Shown piece by piece: positions 8,434 to 18,627 of a stretch of DNA of 63,741 bases (positions are counted from its first letter, which is position 1; each line of letters starts with the position of its first letter). A program made the translations under genes and the position numbers. Source of the DNA: an uncultured virus (IMG/VR IMGVR_UViG_3300025669_002088) (lineage: Duplodnaviria > Heunggongvirae > Uroviricota > Caudoviricetes); the IMG/VR virus record IMGVR_UViG_3300025669_002088, positions 62,001 through 125,741 of that record; one strand, written 5' to 3'. Below the pieces are notes generated by a model that was given only the letters and a program-made list of their open reading frames with translations, ran no database searches and was not told where the DNA came from.

Positions 8434-9459
8434 TCACCTGTACCTGCGGATGTGCTCCCCGTGTTCTCTTGCCATGATCTTTGCATACTTTTTCGCTATG
8501 CTGATGGGACTTCCAATAACGTCAGTCCCCCCAATTGAAACATCTACGGTGTTTTCACCGTTATATCCTGATAACATTATTGTGGGTGTTATATACCCAC
8601 GCCCACTTTCTGCAAGCACCACATCTGCTCTCCACGCCTGACCTCGTTGCAAGAAGTGGATGTGAACGCTTAGACTGACTAGTTTGTCCAGCTCCTTGGC
8701 GATCTTACTTGCTAATGAACGGAGGGGCTTCGGAAGATCAGGATCATTAGTACTGACTCCGATCCAAGGTTTGGATGCTTGCCGTGTCCCTCTACTGGAG
8801 GAGTTTCGTGACAACACCCCTAAGTACCTGAGTGCAATTCTATGGCTACTTTTGCGTGAAAGCATCCCCTTCTCCTCAACGTGCAAGCCCTTGCTGGATT
8901 CGGCCATTGGTTTGTCATCTATGTCGAAGACCTTCATCTCCCACACGCCGTCCGCCCCGGTGTTGAACACAGCACCACCGTGCTGCCTGATGATCTTGTC
9001 CATGGCCCGGACGTGAGCCGTCGTGTCGCCCTTGTGATCTTTCCAGAGCGCCTTGGCGTGCTCCGTCCATTTGCCGTCCTCAAAGACGGTGGCGAGTTGC
9101 TCCGGGGCAATGGTGTAGAAGCTGGCCGTGTCCGTAGCCACTTCGGCGGCTTCTTTCGGGTAGGCTGCCTGGGCCTTCATCTGAGTCTCGAACTCATCGG
9201 CTTCGGCCTCACCCCCTGAAGGGAAGGTGGCGAAATACTCACGGGGAAGCGTCATCGGGTTGAGGATGTTCCGAGAGCCCGGAAGGGTGTCAAGGAAGGC
9301 CATCCCCAGCAGGATGTTACCGGCTGCGATGAGAACGTGTCGGTCGGACCCGGAGGGTAACTCCCAGATCCCATGGTGGTGGGCCTGGTGCCCTTTGACC
9401 CACCAGTAGATCTCTTCCAGGGCCTTCCAGTCGAAGGAATTTGCGTCCCAGGTGTTCAT
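8434..9459 (-). CDS. Hypothetical protein (RIAxRY motif group)
   Basis: Long ORF coupled to 9456; contains HRIALRY. Confidence 0.65.
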   Translation of the reverse strand: MNTWDANSFDWKALEEIYWWVKGHQAHHHGIWELPSGSDRHVLIAAGNILLGMAFLDTLPGSRNILNPMTLPREYFATFPSGGEAEADEFETQMKAQAAYPKEAAEVATDTASFYTIAPEQLATVFEDGKWTEHAKALWKDHKGDTTAHVRAMDKIIRQHGGAVFNTGADGVWEMKVFDIDDKPMAESSKGLHVEEKGMLSRKSSHRIALRYLGVLSRNSSSRGTRQASKPWIGVSTNDPDLPKPLRSLASKIAKELDKLVSLSVHIHFLQRGQAWRADVVLAESGRGYITPTIMLSGYNGENTVDVSIGGTDVIGSPISIAKKYAKIMAREHGEHIRRYR

Positions 9460-10199
9460 TTAATGGTCACGATGAGACTGACCCACTCGTCAACCACATC
9501 TACTTCACCTTTGATTACGTGGTTGAAGGCCAGATGCAACGCCCGGTAGAGACTGCGGGCCTCCCGAAGATCTCGTCCCCCTGGTTCTCCATCGGCCACA
9601 TCCCCATGATCTCGGGTGGTGAAAATGATAGTGTTGTGAACGTCATCTTCAAACTCGAACCATGTCCGGTCCTTCCGAACGTGGTCTTTGACCGCTTGCC
9701 GTCTTTCCTCCAGTGTGCCCCTGACAGCCTCCAGGTAACGTGATGCCAGGCGACCCGCTGCGGTGGGGGCCATGCGTTGCTTGAGGAGGTAGATCGCTGT
9801 TTCGTGCTTGTCAGCCAAATCACCCAGGAAACTCTCCATCCCGGTGGTCAGAGCACCCGTGGCCAAAGACTGAAGGGTCGTGTCCAGGAACTTCTGAAAC
9901 TCCTGCTCCGCCTTCAGGGACCGTGTGACCGGACCCTTTTCCTTCGCCCACTTCTTGAGGTACTTCAGTTCGGCTTCGGTCACCTTAATGGCGTCAACGG
10001 GGCTGCCCCCGTAGGAAGCTACAATCTTCTCAGCCAGCGTATCGATCTCGTCAGGAAGGTTCTCGTACAACCGCTCGAACAGGAGATGGTCCCCATAGTC
10101 AGCAACCACCTGCCAGTGCGCTGACTGGTGCTGCTGGTAGAGGGCCTTTAGAAAACCCAGCAAAGATCCCAGTTTACTCGCAGATGCTTGCCTATCCAT
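9456..10199 (-). CDS. Ferritin/Dps-like four-helix domain plus a C-terminal domain
   Basis: HQSAHWQV...YGDHLLFERLYE...IDTLAEK...HETAIYLLKQR. Confidence 0.7.
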   Translation of the reverse strand: MDRQASASKLGSLLGFLKALYQQHQSAHWQVVADYGDHLLFERLYENLPDEIDTLAEKIVASYGGSPVDAIKVTEAELKYLKKWAKEKGPVTRSLKAEQEFQKFLDTTLQSLATGALTTGMESFLGDLADKHETAIYLLKQRMAPTAAGRLASRYLEAVRGTLEERRQAVKDHVRKDRTWFEFEDDVHNTIIFTTRDHGDVADGEPGGRDLREARSLYRALHLAFNHVIKGEVDVVDEWVSLIVTIK

Positions 10200-10202
10200 C
10201 GG

Positions 10203-11024
10203 TTAGTCCTCTAGGGCCTGAAAGTATCGTTGCGCCAGCTTCGTGGTTCCTGAAGCCCTCTTGTTCCGCTGGAAAGACTTCAGCAACTCGGTCTGAGCAC
10301 GAGGGCTCATCGCACGCCACCGTTTCCGGTACATTGCATAAACAGCCAGGCGGCTCATCCGAAGCTCTCCGTCCATCCAGAAGTTCTCGGGAGCCTGGCC
10401 CTCATAGAAGGCGACCCATTCGTTCAGTTCCCTGTCCGACATATTGGAGAAGGGCCTGTCCGTCACAGCATCCAAGGGCACTGCATTGATGGTGGCCCCG
10501 ACGACGACCTTGAGCTTGAGCTTGTCCCGGATCGACAGAATACCACCAGGAGGGGTCTCGAAGTCAATGCCCTGGAAGCTAACTAACGTTGGGGTTTCCC
10601 ATTCTGCGGACCCATGGACCCCCTTCAGATCACTAAAAGGCTTCCAAGTTTGGGTCTGAAAGAACTTTTTTATCTCCTGAGTCAATTTCGCTTGCCGAGA
10701 TTCGGCAATGTCGTAGAAAGCCGACTCCAACGTGGTGTCATACGCAGGGTGGGCTGTTCGGAAGCGTTGGATCAGTCGAAAGTCGTCGCAGTAGTAGCCG
10801 TCACTGAAGCGGTTGTACCCGTACACCCACGTCGTCCTGAAGGTGACACTGCCATCCTTCGGGTGAACCGTTTCCTTGGGTGGTCGCACGGCGGGATTGA
10901 CGTAGCTCATCCCAATCCGGGGAGCGCCCCCGTTCCACGGCTTACCATCGGGGGACTGCCCTTTCAGGAGCATGGCCTTGGCGACGTCGTAGACCTCGCC
11001 AATCGTGTTGTTCCGCCTACTCAT
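10203..11024 (-). CDS. Hypothetical protein (RIAxRY motif group)
   Basis: ORF within the operon; ends KLAQRYFQALED. Confidence 0.65.
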   Translation of the reverse strand: MSRRNNTIGEVYDVAKAMLLKGQSPDGKPWNGGAPRIGMSYVNPAVRPPKETVHPKDGSVTFRTTWVYGYNRFSDGYYCDDFRLIQRFRTAHPAYDTTLESAFYDIAESRQAKLTQEIKKFFQTQTWKPFSDLKGVHGSAEWETPTLVSFQGIDFETPPGGILSIRDKLKLKVVVGATINAVPLDAVTDRPFSNMSDRELNEWVAFYEGQAPENFWMDGELRMSRLAVYAMYRKRWRAMSPRAQTELLKSFQRNKRASGTTKLAQRYFQALED

Positions 11025-11463
11025 CCCACCCTTCCATCACATGCCCCAGTTGCTCGATGATATACCCGAGGTCACCGACGTAGCCCCAGTCGGTCTCTCC
11101 CTGGGTTTTGAACTCCTGGGCGTTCTTCTTCATACGGCGCTCAATCTTCGCCCACATCGTGTTGACTTCACGAGTCCGTTTGGCGAAGGCTTGCTTCGCA
11201 GACTCGGCTGCTCTGCGCTCTTGGAAATACCGGGTGGCGATTCTGTGGGCTGCATTTTTCTGACTTTCCATAACTTCCAACTTTTTGTAATAGTCGGGGT
11301 CTTCGGTGAGGTGATCCATTGCAATTTCACGAGCGAGGTCGGGGTCGGTGGTGTGTTCCATTTCCACCTTCCGACCCTTCCCCAATTGCTTGGGGTTGAA
11401 ATCGGAGGGCTTTTTGCCGACAGCCAGTCCGCCGGGCACCTTCTCTTCCGTTCCTCTCCTCAT
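11017..11463 (-). CDS. DUF5661-like phage protein
   Basis: GRKVEMEHTTDPDLAREIAMDHLTEDPDYYKKL. Confidence 0.7.
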   Translation of the reverse strand: MRRGTEEKVPGGLAVGKKPSDFNPKQLGKGRKVEMEHTTDPDLAREIAMDHLTEDPDYYKKLEVMESQKNAAHRIATRYFQERRAAESAKQAFAKRTREVNTMWAKIERRMKKNAQEFKTQGETDWGYVGDLGYIIEQLGHVMEGWDE

Positions 11464-11518
11464 GTTGAGCCTCCACCCTGGGGCAACCCCTGGTCGACAA
11501 GGCTACTGTATAGGGAGG

Positions 11519-11830
11519 CTAACGGGGGAGATCCGCAGGGAATCGCCCCGAACCGGGACAGGGTACTCCTGGTTCAACAACATGACGGCGAAAACGTCCA
11601 TTGGGATAGGTCGAGGTTGTGCGGCCACAATAGGGACAGGTGGCCGGAACACCCCCCGTGTGGGAGCTTTTCCTGGAGCGTGAAACTATCAACACACCAT
11701 CCAAGAAAATGCGTTCACCGGCCTCTGTGACCCAGAGGCCCCGCTTCCCCTCATGCAGTGCCAACTCATAGCTGGAGAAGTTCCCTCTGCCAGGGATGTT
11801 GTAGCGAGCTTTGGGTGTCACCGGACCCAT
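11519..11830 (-). CDS. Small zinc-ribbon hypothetical protein
   Basis: CPYCG...RRH...CPGSG. Confidence 0.5.
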   Translation of the reverse strand: MGPVTPKARYNIPGRGNFSSYELALHEGKRGLWVTEAGERIFLDGVLIVSRSRKSSHTGGVPATCPYCGRTTSTYPNGRFRRHVVEPGVPCPGSGRFPADLPR

Positions 11831-12177
11831 CGGCCCCGAGCCCTATCCCGTATCATCCGTTTCGGGTTGCGAGGATCATTGTCACGAACGAGACCCTCTA
11901 GATCCTGGATCGTTCGCAGAGCCACCCGGTACTCCTGCATCGTGAGACTAGCCCCCTCGGGGGAACCCCGGTGGGACTCTGGAAGGCTCTCCTTCAGGGT
12001 TTCCAAGGGCCTCAGTTTACGTCTGAACTCCATCTCATCGCCGGGGTGCCACCCGTGGGTGCTGGTTCGCATCAGGTTGTCGATCTGAACAGCCAAACGG
12101 CGAAGGTCTAATGGACTAGGCATAAAACAAACCCTCCTCATCCGGTGGGTCTTCCTCGGGCACGGGTGGAACCACAT
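11818..12177 (-). CDS. Hypothetical protein (real start probably MPSP near 12123)
   Basis: Operon position; GAGG RBS. Confidence 0.5.
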   Translation of the reverse strand: MWFHPCPRKTHRMRRVCFMPSPLDLRRLAVQIDNLMRTSTHGWHPGDEMEFRRKLRPLETLKESLPESHRGSPEGASLTMQEYRVALRTIQDLEGLVRDNDPRNPKRMIRDRARGRWVR

Positions 12178-13027
12178 GAAAGGACTGGAGAAGTTGTGCG
12201 TCCAGCTTTCGCAGGTAGTCCCGCCCGTAGGGACCGTTCTCCAGCTTGTCCCACAACACGTCGGGCAGATCGCAGGGGATGTCCGGGTGCATCGCCGCTG
12301 CGCCCATTGCCAGGGCGGCGACCGTGTCGGTGTCCCCGGTGAAGGCGACGCTGGCCTTGAGGATCCCCTTCATCGTCTTGTGACCGGCGAGCGCCGTGAC
12401 CACCGCACGGAGCACCGGGATTCCCCTGTTGGAGACTGGCCCCTCCCAGGGTGTCGCCCAGGAGTACCCCGGCACCACATCGTTCAGGTAGTGGGGGAGA
12501 TCTTTCTGGTCATGACCCTCACGGCAAGCAAACACCAGGGCCGCAGCGGCAGCGGCTGCATTCATTCCATCTACCGTTGCATGGGTTATGCTGGCCTGCC
12601 ACACGGCCAAATTCATCGCTTCCCACACGGTTGGGTACAGCCCACAAGGACCAGCCCGCATTGCACCTCCTGACCTGTCGCTCTGAGGGGTCAGTTTTTG
12701 TACCAACTCCGTGCCATTCTGACACTCCAGCAGGACGTTGTAGAAGCCCGAAGCGTATCCCGGTCGGGGGTCACGCTTGAAAGCGATGAGAAGGCGACGA
12801 GCGAGGTACACGGTCGTCCAGGGATCATCCGAGAGCATGAACTCGGCCACCCCGCAACTCAACTGAGTATCGTCGGTGTACCGTCCCGGCTTGATCCCGC
12901 CCTTGGGGTGCGGGCGATAACCCTGCACCGTGTTGGTCTTGGCGACCATCTCAGGTGGGGCAAATTCAAAACCGGCACCGTAAGCATCCCCGATAGCTAG
13001 GGCCACCATGAGTCCTGGTTTATCCAT
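12116..13027 (-). CDS. ADP-ribosylglycohydrolase (DraG/ARH family)
   Basis: AIGDAYG, YTDDT, GGAMR, ITH and GDTDT motifs. Confidence 0.9.
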   Translation of the reverse strand: MDKPGLMVALAIGDAYGAGFEFAPPEMVAKTNTVQGYRPHPKGGIKPGRYTDDTQLSCGVAEFMLSDDPWTTVYLARRLLIAFKRDPRPGYASGFYNVLLECQNGTELVQKLTPQSDRSGGAMRAGPCGLYPTVWEAMNLAVWQASITHATVDGMNAAAAAAALVFACREGHDQKDLPHYLNDVVPGYSWATPWEGPVSNRGIPVLRAVVTALAGHKTMKGILKASVAFTGDTDTVAALAMGAAAMHPDIPCDLPDVLWDKLENGPYGRDYLRKLDAQLLQSFHVVPPVPEEDPPDEEGLFYA

Positions 13028-13254
13028 CAGTGCTCCAGCATCTCAGCGACCTGAACTTCGGTGAGGATCTCCCACTCTCCAGTAATGTAGCGGACCTCGG
13101 AGAGGGCGCAGATTTCGTGTCCTACGGGAGAATTGTACCGTCGCAACCCACCCTCGATACACCGGATGGCTGAAAACTTGGCCCGCCACTCAACGGGGCG
13201 AACCCACTTGGTGGGGTCTTCCCTGATTGCCCAGATAGCGTCTCGGATGAGCAT
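13027..13254 (-). CDS. Small hypothetical protein, first gene of the ARH operon
   Basis: GGAGG RBS; TGATG overlap with the ARH gene. Confidence 0.6.
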   Translation of the reverse strand: MLIRDAIWAIREDPTKWVRPVEWRAKFSAIRCIEGGLRRYNSPVGHEICALSEVRYITGEWEILTEVQVAEMLEH

Positions 13255-13289
13255 TGTTTCCTCCAGGGGTCATTTGCTCCTCACTTACC

Positions 13290-13317
13290 CTACTCTGCGG
13301 GTCGGGGAGATGATCCC
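13290..13317 (-). promoter_or_regulatory. Bipartite promoter-like motif, copy 3
   Basis: GGGATCATC-N13-GAGTAG upstream of the ARH operon. Confidence 0.8.
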
Positions 13318-13323
13318 ACAGAT

Positions 13324-13707
13324 TTAGGTTCGATGGAAGTGTCGGGTCGGACAGTGACGTGCGTTGTAACGTCCTCTCTGACGCCGCTGAACGGTCCGTG
13401 GCGGCGGTTTCAACGTCGGGCGGGGGCTTCCCCGAGGATGAGGATAAACGAGTTTGCGACGGGCTGGTGCGTCAACCTCGGAAACGGGGTCGCCTATCTC
13501 GTAATGGGTGCTACCGCTACTCGTGCTGGAGATGGTGATGGTTGCCCCGCACGTCAGGGTGCTCCCGTGTGCGGTATAGCTCGTCGTGGACGTCATGTCC
13601 CCGGTGTTGACGTACAGCGTGAGGGCGACGGTAGAGGTCGGGTGTACGTCGCAGTGGGTGCCCCCGCAATGAGGACAACGCCACGGAAGGGGCCAAAGTT
13701 TAACCAC
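13324..13707 (-). CDS. Hypothetical protein with CxxC motif
   Basis: CPHCGGTHC; operon position. Confidence 0.4.
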   Translation of the reverse strand: MVKLWPLPWRCPHCGGTHCDVHPTSTVALTLYVNTGDMTSTTSYTAHGSTLTCGATITISSTSSGSTHYEIGDPVSEVDAPARRKLVYPHPRGSPRPTLKPPPRTVQRRQRGRYNARHCPTRHFHRT

Positions 13708-13708
13708 G

Positions 13709-13933
13709 TTACTTCTCCTCTACCCAGTCCGGTTTCTCCTCACGGAACCGATACTGACGGCCCTTGTCCGCAGCGGTAAGGGCGTGACAGCCTGAAGGGA
13801 TGCCCCCGTCGTGAAGCGCCTGCAACTCGGCTTCAAGTGGTTTCGTGTTCCCCAGAAGCGCCGCCTCAATACAAACACGCCACTGATGGATGATCCCGTA
13901 AACACGATCTAAATGGATGTCGGGGCGTTTCAT
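13709..13933 (-). CDS. Small hypothetical protein
   Basis: GGAGGTG RBS. Confidence 0.55.
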   Translation of the reverse strand: MKRPDIHLDRVYGIIHQWRVCIEAALLGNTKPLEAELQALHDGGIPSGCHALTAADKGRQYRFREEKPDWVEEK

Positions 13934-13965
13934 TCACACCTCCCTTGCACCATCTACTCTGATAG

Positions 13966-15237
13966 TCAACAATGTTGTAGCAATTTCTTACTTTCATTGT
14001 CTTTTATGGTGGCGGGGACTATAGACTCCCGCCCTTCGTCAAACAAACCATCAGAAGTCCAAAAGAACCCTTTACGATTTATTTGACTTAGCCGTACCCA
14101 CCATTGGATCTCAAAGAGATCGAGCTTCAAGTTGGAAGCCGCATTCAAATCAGCATCTATGGTAAAGCCACATTTGCCACATTTGAACGTCTTACCTTTC
14201 CTGTTACTCTTACGGACCCAGCCACACTCGCTACACCTCTGAGACCTAAACTCGTTCGCAACCTCCCGAAAAAGGAAACCTTCCTCCTCAGAGAGACGAA
14301 CAAGTTTGTCTTTGATCAAAGTATAGCGCCAATGTGACATATAGCGTGAACTCCGCTTTGATAAGCGGAGATGCTTGATTTTCTCAAAACGAACTTCTTT
14401 CACGTCCTTGAAGTTGAGTTGATTCAAGGACCAATGGATGTAGTTCTTGCGATGCTCTTGGGTACGACGAAAACCATTCGACCCCTTTTGCTTACGAGCA
14501 AGTTTTGCTTGGATCGTTTGGAGGGTATGCCCATGAGGACAACGTTTGGTTGCTTCTCCATTTGAGAGAGTCAACGCAGTTGTGATACCTTGGTCTGCAC
14601 CAACTATCTGACTTCCTGAGGCGCTTTTGTTTGGCACTTCGTAAATTAGATGTAGTGTGTCCTCAGAGATCCTAACACATACTTTCAGGAGTCCCCTAGT
14701 CTGCCACTTGTTAGAGCAACGGGTCTTTTTGATAGGAATTCTAATGTGTGGGATTCCAAGGGATGAGAGTTGAACAAACAAAAAGATGTCTGTCTCTTGG
14801 AAACCCACAAAACGAGAATCTAGTTCCAGATTGATTCCTGAAGCGTCCGGTTTCACAAGAGGTTGCCGGTCAACCCTTGACTGGAGGTACTGGTACTTCT
14901 TACCTTCTCGCTGAAGGTTAGCCAGCACGAAAAGTTGTTTCCGTCGTTTCTCCGTGGCTGCCTTGAGCATCATAACGGCTTGTTTACCAGCAGCTTGTTG
15001 AAGCCTTGCTGATATCTCTGTTGGGAACTGCTTGAGGTACTTTGTGGGTAGAAGGCTCTTGCCTTTGAAATCCAGTCTGTTTGAGCTTGGGAAAAAGTCC
15101 CACGTTGGAAAGCCATTCTCCCATATGTCGTTTAGAATGCGTTGGACAAAAAGGCGATACTCTCCGATAAGTTCCCCTACCAATCTCACCTTACCTGGGT
15201 TTGCAAACCGCAAGCTATGAGCAGAAGACCGAATCAT
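13966..15237 (-). CDS. tnpB: TnpB-family RNA-guided nuclease
   Basis: VGADQG, VRFE, SQRCSECG/CGKCG and DADLNAASN; more AT-rich than its flanks. Confidence 0.85.
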   Translation of the reverse strand: MIRSSAHSLRFANPGKVRLVGELIGEYRLFVQRILNDIWENGFPTWDFFPSSNRLDFKGKSLLPTKYLKQFPTEISARLQQAAGKQAVMMLKAATEKRRKQLFVLANLQREGKKYQYLQSRVDRQPLVKPDASGINLELDSRFVGFQETDIFLFVQLSSLGIPHIRIPIKKTRCSNKWQTRGLLKVCVRISEDTLHLIYEVPNKSASGSQIVGADQGITTALTLSNGEATKRCPHGHTLQTIQAKLARKQKGSNGFRRTQEHRKNYIHWSLNQLNFKDVKEVRFEKIKHLRLSKRSSRYMSHWRYTLIKDKLVRLSEEEGFLFREVANEFRSQRCSECGWVRKSNRKGKTFKCGKCGFTIDADLNAASNLKLDLFEIQWWVRLSQINRKGFFWTSDGLFDEGRESIVPATIKDNESKKLLQHC

Positions 15238-15349
15238 TTCGCTACCTTAAGTTCTCAATCCCATGGTTGCAGTTTACTAAAGAAAAACAAAAAACACAAG
15301 CCTTCTTATCAAGGTAAGCTGTACGGGGTAGGATGATCCAGGAGGCGCA

Positions 15350-16246
15350 ATGGCTGGACTACGTGTGATCACCGGGAGGGAGGACCAGCGTCTCGGGGTT
15401 GCCGATTACGTTTGGATAGATGAAAAAGGTACCTCCAGGGTCAAAACCCGCACGATCCCGGTCGCCTCAGGGAAAGGGGCTGACGTTCCGATCCTGGAAC
15501 CCTGGACTACCTCAAGTAGCGCCTCAGACGAGCAGACCATCCTGTCCGTCTGCCACTACCTCCCGGACCCGGTACGCCCACAGCCCAGCTTCATCGCCCT
15601 GTGTGAGGTTCGGGATCCCCAGAACGTTCCAACAGACGACAACAAACGAGCAGCCCTCAGGAAACACACCGCTGCGGAGGACTCCAGATTCTGGTGGGGC
15701 CTTTGCCAGCCCTACTGTCTGGAACCTCAGAGTAAGGTGGGCTGCCAAACCGTTGCCGAAAGGCATCTGGCGATGTGCGTGGACGCCGGGATCATGATCC
15801 ACAGTGCCCAACATGATGACATCCTCGGCCATTGGGACTTCAAAGTGGGGTACCGGAGTTTGCCGACAAACATCGACCCGGAGCCTCCTGTCGCCCTGGT
15901 GGTTGCCGACCACCTCTGGATCGCCCGGTATCTTCTCAGTCGAGCTGCCCGAGAAATGGGTCTGACGGTGGTGTACCCGCACGGGTCCGTTGGTTCCGTG
16001 TTCTTCTCCTCGGAGGACATGCGGAACAAGGTAGTCTCCACGCCCGACGTGGTCACAGAGGTGCGGAAGTACGCCAAGGGCCTCACCGTCCGGTCCCGTT
16101 TGTCCCTGGCCTTCGGAGGCCGTGTTTGTATCGAGATCAGGGGCTTCAAGGTCGACGCCGACCCCTACGTCACACTCAACCAGAGCATCCAAATGATCCT
16201 CATAGACACGGGAGATACGAATGGCAAAGAAGGTCGTGATAGTTGA
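15350..16246 (+). CDS. Degenerate glutamine synthetase type II-like protein
   Basis: ADYVWID..RVKTR, PDPVR, LCEV, DHLWIARYLL and FSSEDMR align with GSII, but the metal ligands are altered. Confidence 0.75.
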   Translation: MAGLRVITGREDQRLGVADYVWIDEKGTSRVKTRTIPVASGKGADVPILEPWTTSSSASDEQTILSVCHYLPDPVRPQPSFIALCEVRDPQNVPTDDNKRAALRKHTAAEDSRFWWGLCQPYCLEPQSKVGCQTVAERHLAMCVDAGIMIHSAQHDDILGHWDFKVGYRSLPTNIDPEPPVALVVADHLWIARYLLSRAAREMGLTVVYPHGSVGSVFFSSEDMRNKVVSTPDVVTEVRKYAKGLTVRSRLSLAFGGRVCIEIRGFKVDADPYVTLNQSIQMILIDTGDTNGKEGRDS

Positions 16247-16922
16247 AGGACTGATCAGCGCTGGAAAAACCACGCTGGCTCAAGAACTGGGTGTGGCGCT
16301 GGGCGAGGGCACCCTCACCCTGATCGAGCCGGATGAGAAGGACAACGCCAATCCTTACCTGGCGGACTACTACTCGGATCCCAAGGCTTGGGCCTTCCCG
16401 ATGCAAATTCACCTGTTGGCGATGAGGTACCGGATGCACCTTCACGCCCAGTGGCACGCCATGCAGGGCCACGGGCACGCCGTGCTGGATCGGAGTTACC
16501 AGGGCGACACAGCTTTCGCCAGGCTTCAACTCAAGAATGGGATGATGAGTGACCGGGAGTTCAAAACCTATCAGACCCTGTACCACGGGATGACAGCATC
16601 AGTACTTCTCCCGACCGTGTGCCTCCACATCCTGGTGTCCCCAGAGGTCGCCCAAGAGCGCATAGCCAAGCGGATGAGGACTGAGCTGGGACGGGATTGT
16701 GAAAGCGGGATCAGCCTGGAGTACCTCCGGGATCTCGATCAGGAGATCAGCCACATGATCAGTGTTCTCCAACAACAAGGCGTCACAGTGTATCAGATCC
16801 CCTGGGAGGACGACCGGGCAACCCCTGAATCGAGGGCGAGTGCCGTTGACAGTATTGCCTCCCGGATCAAGAATCTCACCCCACCTGATCTGTTCCTGGA
16901 CATGCACCGTCGTACTCTCTGA
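16221..16922 (+). CDS. Deoxynucleoside kinase
   Basis: VEGLISAGKTT P-loop, IEP, DRS, ERIAKR lid, YLRDL. Confidence 0.9.
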   Translation: MAKKVVIVEGLISAGKTTLAQELGVALGEGTLTLIEPDEKDNANPYLADYYSDPKAWAFPMQIHLLAMRYRMHLHAQWHAMQGHGHAVLDRSYQGDTAFARLQLKNGMMSDREFKTYQTLYHGMTASVLLPTVCLHILVSPEVAQERIAKRMRTELGRDCESGISLEYLRDLDQEISHMISVLQQQGVTVYQIPWEDDRATPESRASAVDSIASRIKNLTPPDLFLDMHRRTL

Positions 16923-17224
16923 ATCCTCCCAAAAGCCCCCGTTAAAGGGGTCGCCGGATGTGTCTGATAAGTTGGGGCCTTTTCAAAACTTTTCTGCCCC
17001 CTTGTCTAGTTTCAGGGTGAGAAACCGAAATCTGCGTCACCAGAGGTCAAACTTCAACCGGGGTTCTCATCTGAGGTGGGCAAGTTGGGGCTGGGTGAGG
17101 GCAAACTCGTAGCAGAGGCGGGACTTCCCCCTCTCATCCTAATCATCTCCCGCTCATCCCCGGAAACATCTGAAGGGGCATCAGCCGGGATGTCCGTGCC
17201 CACCTGGGTCTTCGTAACGGGGTA

Positions 17225-18571
17225 TCATCCCCCCTTTTTGGGGTCCGTTATGAAGCGGATTTCTAACCCGTGGATATGTTTGAATAAATCCAGGACCCCG
17301 GCAACGGGGGACTCGGGTGGCAGAGTGACAGGTGCCTCGGGAGAGACCGACTCAACCTCCTCGACCCGGTGCCTCAAGGCTATCACCTCATCGATCAAGG
17401 GGCGTATCAACCCTGCCAGCTTCTCCTCCACCAGGGATGCCAGGGTCATCAGGTCATCGTTGGGGGCAGGGGTGGGAGCCGGGGCAGAGGTGGGAGCTTC
17501 CTCCGTCCCCTGAGCCTCCACTTGCTCAGGGTTGGTCTCATCCAGGTACTCGGTGATGGCCATCACCGAGGTCACGTATCGTGTGCCAATGTGAAGGTGC
17601 TTGACGTGACCCGTTTTGCAGAGGGTGATCAGGTCCAACTCGGGAGCGTGCTGCTTCAGATAGGCACTGGCCTTATTAGCGTCCAGGTGTCGTGCCCATT
17701 CCCCCAACACGTCTGCCCGAACATCCACGGCAAGGGTATGGGGTAGCATCAACCCGAAAAGCGCCCTGGATTGTGCGTACAACTGCTTGAGGTTTGGCCA
17801 GGGGAGATCCTCGGCCTGTACCTTGATCAGGACTCGTCGCAGCCAGTTCCCCTGGCATTTGTGTCGCCATGCCTTGTCCTTGAGCCAACGGGCACGGAGA
17901 CGATCGATCTCGTCTCCAGCCATCTCCTTGGTAGGGAGAGAGGCACCCTTCATCAGGTCAGGCACCCGCAGCGCTGCAGCGGGATTGTCCTCTGCGAAAA
18001 GGTCCACCATGACGGTGGCATCCTTGAGGCCCTGCTTGAGATCCTCTGCGATCTTCTCCGGTTGCACGGGCAGCCCCTGGCGCACCCAGGAGATGATGCC
18101 ATGTACGGATTTGGCAGAGACGGTGACCTTCGGTCCCAGGGCCGTTTGCACGGCGGCTTCGACCTCGGCTGCTTTGGGAACCCTGCCCCCGAGCATCTCC
18201 ATGTGGACGTAGTCCTTGGCGGTCTCCGTAACCCTCCCCTTGGGCACCCCCTTCGACGGTTGTCGGGCCGGGGGTAGTATCCCGTGCATCCGTAGGAGGG
18301 GTTCGGCTTTGCTCCACTTCCGTGGGATGACGGCAATGGGGACGGGCTTCTCCTTCGCAGCCTTGTTGACCTCATGGTAGAGGCTGTGACTGATGATATC
18401 TCGGATGACCAGGACTGCATCGCAGTCCGAGGGGATTCCCCTGAAAGGGTCACCATCCAAATCCGAGATGTACCACCCGACCGTGAGGTCGTTCTTTTCG
18501 AGCTTCCTGGAGAGATTACCGTACACGAGGGAACGGGCACCTCCGGCGACAAGTATCTTTTTCATGAGCAC
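17225..18571 (-). CDS. Multidomain protein: DUF2325-like N-terminus and excisionase-like HTH
   Basis: DAVLVIRDIISHSLYHEVNKAAKEKPVPI; LCKTGHVKHLHIGTRYV. Confidence 0.55.
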   Translation of the reverse strand: MLMKKILVAGGARSLVYGNLSRKLEKNDLTVGWYISDLDGDPFRGIPSDCDAVLVIRDIISHSLYHEVNKAAKEKPVPIAVIPRKWSKAEPLLRMHGILPPARQPSKGVPKGRVTETAKDYVHMEMLGGRVPKAAEVEAAVQTALGPKVTVSAKSVHGIISWVRQGLPVQPEKIAEDLKQGLKDATVMVDLFAEDNPAAALRVPDLMKGASLPTKEMAGDEIDRLRARWLKDKAWRHKCQGNWLRRVLIKVQAEDLPWPNLKQLYAQSRALFGLMLPHTLAVDVRADVLGEWARHLDANKASAYLKQHAPELDLITLCKTGHVKHLHIGTRYVTSVMAITEYLDETNPEQVEAQGTEEAPTSAPAPTPAPNDDLMTLASLVEEKLAGLIRPLIDEVIALRHRVEEVESVSPEAPVTLPPESPVAGVLDLFKHIHGLEIRFITDPKKGG

Positions 18572-18585
18572 CTCCGTACCCTTAA

Positions 18586-18613
18586 CTACTCCAAGGGGCC
18601 GGAAGATGATCTC
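18586..18613 (-). promoter_or_regulatory. Bipartite promoter-like motif, copy 4
   Basis: GAGATCATC-N13-GAGTAG. Confidence 0.75.
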
Positions 18614-18627
18614 TTAGGGGTTCGGGC

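Noticed and set aside
6600..15350. CRISPR array or Cas12f assignment for the TnpB-like genes
   Set aside because: No repeat-spacer array or cas genes were seen nearby or elsewhere in the window.
16923..17224. 300-bp convergent intergenic region as a tRNA or ncRNA
   Set aside because: Only short hairpins are present; no cloverleaf, repeat or second copy was found by eye.
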